The notes under the pieces are model-generated. The model ran no database searches. It was not told the origin of the DNA and saw only the letters and a list, made by a program, of their open reading frames with translations. From Macrostomum lignano (lineage: Eukaryota): DNA of 64,000 nt. Position numbers and translations under genes: made by a program. This document shows positions 43,076-53,791 of this stretch, one piece after another. The first letter of the stretch is position 1, and every line of letters begins with the position of its first letter. The stretch lies in contig NIVC01001186.1 in the NCBI GenBank assembly GCA_002269645.1, positions 56,204-120,203 on the forward strand, read 5' to 3'.

Positions 43076-46010
43076 ATGGCCGACTCAAGCGATTCTGAGC
43101 GCGACTTTGAAGCGGATCAGGATAAGGTGAGCCTTCTTTTTTCATGCTGGTAATGTTAATTTACCCACCTTCAGAGCACAGAGGCAGATTCCCAAGCACT
43201 GAGGGAGCGGAGAGGCAGATTCCCAAGCACTGAGGGAGCGGAGAGGCAGATTCCCAAGCACTGATGGAGGAGCGGAGAGGCAGATTCTCAAGCACTGAGG
43301 GAGCGGAGAGGCAGATTCTCAAGCACTGAGGGAGCGGAGAGGCAGATTCCCAAGCACTGAGGGAGCGGAGAGGCAGATTCCCAAGCACTGATGGAGGAGC
43401 GGAGAGGCAGATTCTCAAGCACTGAGGGAGCGGAGAGGCAGATTCTCAAGCACTGAGGGAGCGGAGAGGCAGATTCCCAAGCACTGATGGAGGACCGGAG
43501 AGGCAGATTCTCAAGCACTGAGGGAGCGGAGAGGCAGATTCTCAAGCACTGAGGGAGCGGAGAGGCAGATTCCCAAGCACTGAGGGAGCGGAGAGGCAGA
43601 TTCTCAAGCACTGAGGGAGCGGAGAGGCAGATTCCCAAGCACTGAGGGAGCGGAGAGGCAGATTCTCAAGCACTGAGGGAGCGGAGAGGCAGATTCTCAA
43701 GCACTGAGGGAGCGGAGAGGCAGATTCCCAAGCACTGAGGGAGCGGAGAGGCAGATTCTCAAGCACTGAGGGAGCGGAGAGGCAGATTCCCAAGCACTGA
43801 GGGAGTGGAGAGGCAGATTCTCAAGCACTGAGGGAGCGGAGAGGCAGATTCCCAAGCACTGATTGACTGGAGAGGCAGATTCTCAAGCACTGATTGACTG
43901 GAGACGCAGATTCTCAAGCACTGAGGGAGGAGTGGAGAGGCAGATTCTCAAGCACTGATTGACTGGAGAGGCAGATTCTCAAGCACTGATTGACTGGAGA
44001 GGCAGATTCTCAAGCACTGATTGACTGGAGAGGCAGATTCTCAAGCACTGATTGACTGGAGAGGCAGATTCTCAAGCACTGATGGAGGAGCGGAGAGGCA
44101 GATTCTCAAGCACTGAGGGAGGAGTGGAGAGGCAGATTCTCAAGCACTGATTGACTGGAGAGGCAGATTCTCAAGCACTGATGGAGGACCGGAGAGGCAG
44201 ATTCTCAAGCACTGAGGGAGGAGCGGAGAGGCAGATTCTCAAGCACTGAGGGAGGAGCGGAGAGGCAGATTCTCAAGCACTGAGGGAGGAGTGGAGAGGC
44301 AGATTCCCAAGCACTGATTGACTGGAGAGGCAGATTCTCAAGCACTGATTGACTGGAGAGGCAGATTCTCAAGCACTGATTGACTGGAGAGGCAGATTCT
44401 CAAGCACTGATTGACTGGAGAGGCAGATTCTCAAGCACTGATGGAGGAGCGGAGAGGCAGATTCTCAAGCACTGATGGAGGACCGGAGAGGCAGATTCTC
44501 AAGCACTGAGGGAGGAGCGGAGAGGCAGATTCTCAAGCACTGAGGGAGGAGCGGAGAGGCAGATTCTCAAGCACTGAGGGAGGAGCGGAGAGGCAGATTC
44601 TCAAGCACTGAGGGAGGAGCGGAGAGGCAGATTCTCAAGCACTGAGGGAGGAGCGGAGAGGCAGATTCTCAAGCACTGAGGGAGCGGAGAGCCAGATTCT
44701 CAAGCACTGATGGAGGATTCAGTACCCAACAAAATTCACAATTCCCCAAACCCGCCCAGATCCTGCTGGACGAGCTGTCCCGCCATGCGGAGGCGTCCAG
44801 AAAAAGTCGAGTCAAACAGCCAGCCGCCGAGCTGCTCCCGGTGGGCCTGGACTCCGATAACTCCGCAGACGATGATGACGAGATGGTCGGTCAGTATCGC
44901 GACATCTTGAAGCGAGCCCGGCTGCAAAAATTTCGCAAGGAGGTCGCCGAAGATTTGGTGGACGACGACGAAGCAGACAAAGAAGAAGACAGCGAGGAGC
45001 AGCTGGCCAACCGGCAGTGGTCGACGTCGCGACGGTATCGCTACGCGGCAGGCGACTCCGACGGCGAAGAGGAAGACGATGATATAGAAGGTGGCGAAGA
45101 CGCCAGCACGGCCAGGCTGATGCGCGAGGAACGAGAGAGACTGCGGCGTCGTTTACTAGGCGTCGGTTTGCCGTCGGATTTGCCTTCGTCGGTGTCGTCG
45201 ACATCGGCGACTGCTGCCGCATCGACAGCGTTGTCGTCTAAAGAGTCGTTGAAAAAGCGACCGCAGCAGCAGCAGCAGCTGGTCCGTCTGGCAACTGAGC
45301 TGCCCGTCTACGAGAGGCCGCCGCCGGGTGTGTCTCTGGAGCAGCACCTGTTGCTAAGCGACTCAAACCGTTGGCCCGACATGCGACGCGCCTACGAGCA
45401 GAAGACTCGACTAGAGAACAGACTCAAACCGTTAGTTGGCCTAGCGGAATCCGAGCTCACAGATGAGCAGGCTGTGCTCAAATGGCACTATATATTGTTG
45501 TGCGCCTATTTGAGAATGCGAGCAGATCCGACTGTGTCGGCTGGCTTGCATCGGCATCCGATTCGTCGACTGCTTCGCCAAGCTGAAGATGCGACACGCA
45601 ATTTAGTCGATATCAGCTCCAACCCCAGTAGTACTACTAGCAGTAGTGTTAATAAGAAATCGTCATCGAAAAAATCTGGAAAAATTAAATTGGAGGCGGC
45701 TGTTGAAGAAGAAGAAGAAGAAGAAGCCGTCGACGACAAGACGAGCCAGCAGCAGCAGCAGCAGCATCGCCCGATCTACTGGGAGATGCAGAAGAACCTG
45801 CCGGTGCGTCTGCACAAGCGCCGGCCTCGCGGCGGCAAGAAAGCCAAGCCGGGTGACAGCAATCCTCGCGTGAAACTGCGCGACAAATTCCGTAAAGCTA
45901 TGATTAAACGTCGATCTCAGGTGCCGGAAGTTCGACCGGAAGTGAATCGCTACTCGGGTGAAAAGTCTGGCATCCGGGCTGGCCTTGTGAAGTCGCGAAA
46001 GTTTAAATAG
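43076..46010 (+). CDS. UTP3: SAS10/UTP3 small-subunit processome component, 2 exons
   Basis: Exon 43076-43126 (MADSSDSERDFEADQDK, GTGAGC donor) and exon 44760-46010. Acidic N-terminus, central LCAYLRMRA..HRHPI segment, and the Sas10 C-terminal signature NPRVKLRDKFRKA.IKRRSQV.EVR.E..RYSGEKSGIRAGLVKSRKFK. Confidence 0.92.
43180..44712. repeat. 31-34-bp minisatellite (GAGAGGCAGATTCTCAAGCACTGAGGGAGCG) filling the UTP3 intron
   Basis: Tandem copies seen directly. Confidence 0.97.
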
Positions 46011-46194
46011 CATTTTTAAAGCATTACATTATTCATGTGGTGGCAAAAGTTCGTAAAAAAATACAGAAAGGTCAGCGCAAAATGTACTTTGCGGTTATGC
46101 ACTTTATGAGTGAAAAATATCGTTTCAATGAGCGAAGCTATTCTCTTTTTTATTTCGAATGCCTTGAGACTTAAGAAATGGATGTTACTTCGGT

Positions 46195-48955
46195 AATCAG
46201 CCTGAGATACCCTCCTCATCATGAGATTCCCTCCTCACCCTGAGATTCCCTCACCCCGAGATTCCCTCACCCTGAGATTCCCTCCTCACCCCGAGATTCC
46301 CTCCTCACCCTGAGATTCCATCCTCATCCTGAGATTCTCTCCTCACCCAGAGATTCCCTCCACACCCTGAGATACCCTCCTCATCATGATATTCCCTCCT
46401 CACCCCGAGATTCCCTCACCCTGAGATTCCCTCCACACCCTGAGATACCCTCCTCATCATGATATTCCCTCCTCACCCCGAGATTCCCTCACCCTGAGAT
46501 TCCCTCACCCTTAGATTCCCTCCTCACCCCGAGATTCTCTCCTCACCCTGAGATTCCTTCCACACCCTGAGATACCCTCCTCATCATGAGATTCCCTCCT
46601 CACCCCGAGATTCCCTCACCCTGAGATTCCCTCCTCACCCCGAGATTCCCTCACCCTGAGATTCCCTCCTCACCTCGAGATTCCCTCACCCTGAGATTCC
46701 CTTCTCATCCTGAGATTCTCTCCTCACCCTGAGATTCCCTCCTCACCCCGAGATTCCCTCCTCACCCTGAGATTCCCTCCACACCCTGAGATTCCCTCCT
46801 CATCATGATATTCCCTCCTCACCCCGAGATTCCCTCACCCTTAGATTCCCTCCTCACCCCGAGATTCCCTCCTCACCCTGAGATTCCCTCCACACCCTGA
46901 GATTCCCTCCTCATCATGATATTCCCTCCTCACCCCGAGATTCCCTCACCCTTAGATTCCCTCCTCACCCCGAGATTCTCTCCTCACCCTGAGATTCCTT
47001 CCACACCCTGAGATACCCTCCTCATCATGAGATTCCCTCCTCACCCCGAGATTCCCTCACCCTGAGATTCCCTCCTCACCTCGAGATTCCCTCACCCTGA
47101 GATTCCCTTCTCATCCTGAGATTCTCTCCTCACCCTGAGATTCCCTCCTCACCCCGAGATTCCCTCCTCACCCTGAGATTCCCTCCACACCCTGAGATTC
47201 CCTTCTCATCTTGAGATTCCCTCCTCACCCGAGATTCCCTCACCCTGAGATTCCCTTCTCATCCTGAGATTTTCTCCTCACTCTGAGATTCCCTCCTCAT
47301 CTTGAGATTCCCTCCTCACCTTGAGATTCCCTCATCTTGAGATTCCCTCCTCACCTTGAGATTCCCTCCTCATCTTGAGATTCCCTCCTCACCTTGAGAT
47401 TCCCTCCTCATCCTGAGATTCCCTCCTCACCCTGAGATTCCCTCCTCACCCCGAGATTCTCTCCTCACCCTGAGATTCCCTCCGCACCCCGAGATTCCCT
47501 CACCCTGGGATTCCCTCCTCACCCTGAGATTCCCTCACCCTGAGATTCCCTCACCCTGAGATTCCCTCCTCACCCCAAGATTTCCTCCTCACCCTGAGAT
47601 TCCATCCTCATCCTGAGATTCCCTCCTCACCCCGAGATTCCCTCACCCTGAGATTCCCTCACCCCGAGATTCCCTCACCCTGAGATTCCCTCCTCACCCC
47701 GAGATTCCCTCCTCACCCTGAGATTCCATCCTCATCCTGAGATTCCCTCCTCACCCCGAGATTCCCTCCTCAACCTGTGATTCCCTTCTCATCCTGAGAT
47801 TCTCTCCTCACCCTGAGATTCCCTTCTCATCTTGAGATTCCCTCCTCACACTGAGATTCCCTCACCCTGAGATTCCCTTCTCATCCTGAGATTTTCTCCT
47901 CACTCTGAGATTCCCTCCTCATCTTGAGATTCCCTCCTCACCTTGAGATTCCCTCCTCATCTTGAGATTCCCTCCTCACCCTGAGATTCCCTCCTCACCC
48001 CGAGATTCTCTCCTCACCCTGAGATTCCCTCCACACCCCGAGATTCCCTCACCCTGAGATTCCCTCACCCTGAGATTCCCTCACCCCGAGATTCCCTCCT
48101 CACCTCGAGATTCCCTCACCCTGAGATTCCCTTCTCATCCTTCCCTTCCCTTCCCTTCTCATCCTTCCCTTCCCTTCCCTTCTCATCTCTCCTCACCCTG
48201 AGATTCCCTCCTCATCCTGAGATTTCTCCACACCCTGAGATTCCCTTCTCATCTTGAGATTCCCTCCTCACCCCGAGATTCCCTCACCCTGAGATTCCCT
48301 TCTCATCCTGAGATTTTCTCCTCACCCTGAGATTCCCTCCTCATCTTGAGATTCCCTCCTCACCTTGAGATTTCCTTCTCATCTTGGGATTCCATCCTCA
48401 CCCTGAGATTCCTTCACCCTGAGATTCCCTCCTCATCCTGAGATTCCCTCCTCACCCAGAGATTCTCTCCTCACCCTGAGATTCCCTCCACACCCCGAGA
48501 TTCCCTCGCCCTGAGATTCCCTCACCCTGAGATTCTCTCACCCTGAGATTCCCTCACCCCGAGATTCCCTCCTCACCTCGAGATTCCCTCACCCTGAGAT
48601 TCCCTTCTCATCCTTCCCTTCCCTTCCCTTCTCATCCTTCCCTTCCCTTCCCTTCTCATCTCTCCTCACCCTGAGATTCCCTCCTCATCCTGAGATTTCT
48701 CCACACCCTGAGATTCCCTTTTCATCTTGAGATTCCCTCCTCACCCCGAGATTCCCTCACCCTGAGATTCCCTTCTCATCCTGAGATTTTCTCCTCACCC
48801 TGAGATTCCCTCCTCATCTTGAGATTCCCTCCTCACCTTGAGATTCCCTTCTCATCTTGGGATTCCCTCCTCACCCTGAGATTCCCTCACCCTGAGATTC
48901 CCTCCTCATCCTGAGATTCCCTCATCCTGAGATTCCCTCCTCACCCTGAGATTTC
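46195..48955. repeat. 16-19-bp minisatellite (GAGATTCCCTCCTCACCCT), about 2.75 kb
   Basis: Tandem copies with higher-order blocks. Confidence 0.97.
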
Positions 48956-49756
48956 TTCACATTCAATGCACACGTCTAAAAACAACGCGAAAAAACTCAA
49001 AACCAATCCAAAATTTCAATACGTACTTATCGATAGTCAGTTTATTTATTTTCAATATATCTGCATTATTATTAAATATTATTTTTTTGAGTTGTTCAAG
49101 TGAGAAAAACTAATCTTTAAATAATTTTTGTTAAAAAAGAAGCCGATTCTTAGAAAATATTCAGTTGTTGCGAAATTTTTCCACTTCATCTAAAAGGCAA
49201 CAAAGAAATTTTAACCTTAAAATAAGACCATTCATAGAAATGCTTTCAGTAGTTTTCGCTAATAGTTTGTTTTTTATTGTGCTCGCTTCCTATAGGCGCT
49301 GTTTATTTCGAAAAACTCCGCCTCGTTGCTGCTGCTGAGCGCATCGATGAAGCTGCTACGGATGCTGGAGACTTACAATAGCCAGCATTCTTTGCTTGAG
49401 TAATTAAACAGAAAGTAAGCGCACTTGAGCACTTTTGAGCACTCCAATGCTGCAATGGATTTCCGAAAGCTTTAAAGGAGCAGCGATTAGACGTCTGGTT
49501 GTAGCTGTCGACGAGAAGATGGTCTGTGTCGCCATGGCAACGAATGAGCCTTTCAGTTCATCTGAAAATCGAAGGGTTACAGAATTGTGGTGCGATTTAC
49601 AGCCATGAGGGCCAATCCCATTAGTCATTTCGCATAGCAGCGTAGCATGATAGCCTGCAAGTCTAGTTTAGAGCACCAAGCAGACAAGAGCAGACAGCTA
49701 ACTTTTCTGCGTTATCTGAATCTTTTCTTGCTTCAAATTCAATCGAGTTATACAAG

Positions 49757-50760
49757 ATGCCGACGAAGTATTGCATTGCAGGCTGCACCAGCAACTACAA
49801 AAGCGGTGTATACTTTTCCGAAAGAAGGTGAGGCTGACTCCTGGATGAGGCTTTGCCCATCGGAGCATATTTTCCCATGTTGTCTATTAATGAGCGCTTG
49901 TGTGGCACATCTGTTGTCTATTAGTGAGCGCTTGTGCCACATCTGTTGTCTATTAGTGAGCGCTTGTGCCACATCTGTTGTCTATTAGTGAATGCTTGTG
50001 TGCCACATCAGTTGTCTATTAGTGAGTGCTTGTGTGCCACATCAGTTGTCTATTAGTGAGCGCTTGTGTCACATCAGTTGTCTATTAGTGAGTGCTTGTG
50101 TGCCACATCTGTTGTCTATTAGTGAGCGCTTGTGTGTCACATCAGTTGTCTATTAGTGAGCGCTTGTGTGCCACATCAGTTGTCTATTAGTGAGCGCTTG
50201 TGCCCCATCTGTTGTCTATTAATGAGGGCTTGTGTCACACCTGTTGTCTATTAGTGAGCGCTTGTGCCACATCAGTTGTCTATTAGTGAGCGCTTGTGTC
50301 ACATCAGTTGTCTATTAGTGAGTGCTTGTGTGCCACATCAGTTGTCTATTAGTGAGTGCTTGTGCCACATCTGTTGTCTATTAATGAGGGCTTGTGTCAC
50401 ACCTGTTGTCTATTAGTGAGCGCTTGTGCCACATCAGTTGTCTATTAGTGAGCGCTTGTGTCACATCAGTTGTCTATTAGTGAGTGCTTGTGTGCCACAT
50501 CAGTTGTCTATTAGTGAGTGCTTGTGCCACATCTGTTGTCTATTAATGAGGGCTTGTGTCACACCTGTTGTCTATTAGTGAGCGCTTGTGCCACATCTGT
50601 TGTCTATTAGTGAGCGCTTGTGCCTCATCTGTTGTCTATTAGTCTATCTGTTGAATTGTAAAATTTCTCAATTTAGTAATTTTTTACTGCAACTTATTTC
50701 GATTGGTTTCTACAAGTACAGAATAAAAGCAGGTGCTTGCCTTGCCTGCCTTAAAGATTT
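49757..50760 (+). pseudogene. Degenerate THAP-domain remnant interrupted by a minisatellite
   Basis: MPTKYCIAGCTSNY from 49757, then in a shifted frame VYTFPKE..SWMR. After the repeat, RIKAGA resembles the RLK.GAVP box. The frameshift is seen directly; the family call is from motif resemblance. Confidence 0.45.
49870..50645. repeat. 32-34-bp minisatellite (GTGCCACATCTGTTGTCTATTAGTGAGCGCTT)
   Basis: Tandem copies seen directly. Confidence 0.96.
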
Positions 50761-51046
50761 CAATTCAAGCTCTGAAGAGTGACTGCGGTGAAGTGCCCGG
50801 AGTGAGAAGCGTAGAAACACCAGATGAATTATTTATGGTGCTGCTTCAACAAAATGCCACGTCACGCGTCACTCGTCACGGATGAGCAAAGAATTTTTGG
50901 AAACAAAAGGCCAGGCTCTGCACGCGAAATTTAAGCAACCTCAAGACTACGTTTTTAAAGCAGGGCCTCTGCAAGATGAAAACTATTGTATCTCTAAGAC
51001 TGCAGCCCGCCGATACTCCGCATCAGTTGAAGTGAATGCCTACCTC

Positions 51047-51051
51047 AGAGA

Positions 51052-51131
<80 letters not shown>

Positions 51132-51150
51132 GAGAGGTAGAGAGAGAGAA
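51047..51150. repeat. (GA)n microsatellite
   Basis: Seen directly. Confidence 0.97.
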
Positions 51151-51189
51151 GAGAGGTCACGGCGTGTTAAAAAGATAGTATGAGCGATA

Positions 51190-51231
51190 TAGGCTATCGG
51201 TTTCAAGCCTCTGGGCTCTTTGTCAGGCCAA
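51190..51231 (-). ncRNA. Minimal type I hammerhead ribozyme motif (downstream copy, core mutated)
   Basis: Minus strand TTGGC CTGACAA AG AGCC CAGA GGCT T GAAA CCG ATA GCCTA. Helix II is intact; the core reads CTGACAA instead of CTGANGA. Confidence 0.65.
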
Positions 51232-53514
51232 AAATTAATGTGCAATGCAATGCAAGTTGGTCTTTAAAGTATCATTTTTCTCAGTCTGATAAAATTGATG
51301 AGCAGCTGTACATATGAAGGATGTACATTTCAAACCCTGTTCAGTTTTGCTCTACCTTGTCCCAGAGGCTTTTCAACCAGTAAGTTTAGGCGACAGTATA
51401 TTAAAAATTGTTTTTCAAAGTTACTATACAATTAAATGAAATGCAGGTATTGAAGAATTTTTGAAGCCTTGAATTCAAGAAATTTGAATAAAATAAAGGA
51501 CAATGTGAATAAATATTGTAGTTCCATAGGTAAAATGATTCATTGGTTTCCTGGCTGAGACTTAGACTTATTGGGAGCCAGGAGGCTCTGTAAATTTCGT
51601 TGCCGTGTAAATGCGGGCAGAATGCGGGAGCCTGGTTTGTGTTGCAGTTTATCAAAGTTCTTAGCAATCTCGTTGGCGAGCCAGACCGTAGATGGGTGAA
51701 AAGGAAGGACCAGTGGGATGGGTCGGAGAAGATCTGATTGTCAACCCTGATGTTCGTACCCGGCGGTTTGTCAGTCAGCAGTTTTTTTAATCCAGATTTC
51801 TTCCCTTAGTTCAATTTTGTTGCTATTTAGAACTTGTTCAATACCAATGGTGAAAAAGTTCGCAATCGAGTGATTGGGGGTGAGAAAGTGCTCTGACCCC
51901 GAAGTAACGACTCTCCTGTTAATATTTGACCTGTGCTGGTTCATTCTATCTCTCATTGTTCTTCTTCTAGTCATACCTACATAGAGGATTTTCCCAGGGT
52001 GGCACTAGTTACAGGAGATGCCATAGATGATGCTCTTGGAGCCACAGGACAGGCTCTGGGAGATTAAAAAACCGGAAGCCGGTCCCAGTCCCTGGGCGGC
52101 GAGAGCATGCGGTGAGTGGGTGCAGCATTTGCAGCGGGATGACCCACAGGGATGGAATTCCCTTTGGGAAGCAGACCCAAATTGGTCGTTGGTCCCGCAG
52201 TCCAGTTCATGAGTTTGAGGACCTCTTTTTTGCAGTTTCTAAGAAAAATCTTCGAGTAGCCTAATTGCTTGAGTTCCGATTTTAAAGAATTGAAAGCATC
52301 GTTGAAAGACTTGTAGTCATCACAGATACGGGCGTACCGAAGGATTTGGGATTTTACTACCCCCTTGAAGGTGTGTGACGGATGGAAGGGCTGTCGGTGC
52401 AACAATCTATGAGTGTCTGTTTCTTTTGAAAACAGTTGTGTTGTGAAGCGGTTTTCAGCTTTCCTGATAGTCATGTCAAGGAAACTGGCCTCAGTCGATG
52501 AGGAGCTGACTGTGAGTTTAATGTTGGGGTTGATGGGATTCAGGTGTCGAACAAATTCTGTCAGAGCTTCAGTCAGGTGGTCCGAGTGAATAAAGATATC
52601 ATCTATGTACCGAGAATAGATGTTCGGCTTATAAAGAGCAGTTCTCAGGGCAGTTTCCTCCCAGAGGCTCATGAAGAGACATGCATAGCTGGGCGCAATT
52701 ATGCGCCCCGAGACTGTGCCTCTAAGTTGTAAAAAATCTTTTTGTCAAATTAAAAGTCATTCCTGTATAAAGACAGTTCTAGTAGCTTTATTATCTCAGC
52801 ATCCGGTCTAATGGGATCTGGGTGTCGGTTAAAGAATTCCTGGATCGCTGCAATGACGTGGTCTGTGGGGATCATGAAGTACAGACTCTGGACAGAGCAA
52901 GGACCTTCCGTGCAGCTTTTATCCATAAGGTGTGCTTTGAAGTCATAGGAGTCCTTAACGAAAGTGGGTTGCGCTTGGGCTAACAATAGGTCTGCCTGCT
53001 GGGACCCGAAAGTGGATCAGCGAGGTGGCCGGGTCCTTGTGAATTTTTGGGAGCAGGTAGAAATGCCGGGGTCAGAAGTTCTCTCCAAGGCAAAGAAAAG
53101 AAAACTGTTTCTTAGTTATGAACTTTCTGTTACATAAATCGAGGAAGATCCCCCTAATCATTTCCGCAGTCTCGGGTTGCAGTGGCTAGTCCAGCTGTTG
53201 ATAGGCAATAGTGTCAAGCAATTGGTTGTAGGCTGCAAATTCGTAATCCCTAGGGTGCATGATGACCACTGCGTTACCTTTGTCCGCCTTTTTTATCACG
53301 ACGGAGCTGTTCGCTTGAGCCCCTGAATCGCTCTGGTCTCTGGTGCCCCTAGGTTGCCTTTGACCTGTACCGTTGTCAAATCCTCCACCAGTTTTTGGTT
53401 CTCAAGCACAAACAAGTTGCACTGATCACTTCTGAGTCTGGGGAACCTCCTTCACTGATTTCCCGGTAAAGGGGGAGAGAGGAGAGAGAGAGAGAGAGGT
53501 CACGACGTATTGAC

Positions 53515-53556
53515 TTGGCAACCGGTTTCAAGCCTCTGGGTTATTCGTCAGGCCAA
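53515..53556 (-). ncRNA. Minimal type I hammerhead ribozyme motif (upstream copy)
   Basis: Minus strand TTGGC CTGACGA AT AACC CAGA GGCT T GAAA CCG GTT GCCAA. It has a perfect CUGANGA/GAAA core, helix I TTGGC/GCCAA and a palindromic ACCGGT helix III; helix II is mismatched. Confidence 0.72.
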
Positions 53557-53791
53557 ACAGAGAGACAGAAAAAGAAAGGCAGAGTGGTTGAGCAAACGCA
53601 GGTATTGTTTAGCCTAGCTAGTGAAGAAGAGAAGGTGCTGTTGAACAAAGGAATAAGAAGTTTTTGCTGGGTGTTTGGGACGCTTTTAAATTCCCATTCG
53701 AATCATCTTTTCGCCTGAGCAGCCCAGCGGCTCTCTACACAATTTACAGTTCCTCTAACCATCAGTCTCAGATTGATCAACATTCTAAGAA

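Larger units (their letters stand above)
51130..53570 (-). mobile_element. Degenerate Penelope-like retroelement (RT + GIY-YIG endonuclease) flanked by direct repeats
   Basis: Minus-strand fragments: VIKKADKGNAVVI, FYLLPKIHK, TFVKDSYDF, VQSLYFMIP, YSRYIDDIF, NPNIKLT..ASFLDMTI, HPSHTFKGVVKSQILRYARIC. GIY-YIG-type YVGMTRRTMRDRMNQHRSNI..EHF..REEIWI at about 51771-52030. Several stops and frameshifts. Direct repeats at about 51150-51235 and 53490-53560. Confidence 0.92.

Noticed and set aside
43161-43793. SAPSVLENLPLRSL repeat ORFs on minus
   Set aside because: Antisense translation of the UTP3 intronic minisatellite.
53586-53770. Segment first read as an inverted Penelope pseudo-LTR copy at 60893-61089
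   Set aside because: It runs directly into the signal-peptide exon in both places, so it is the duplicated upstream region of the lectin genes.
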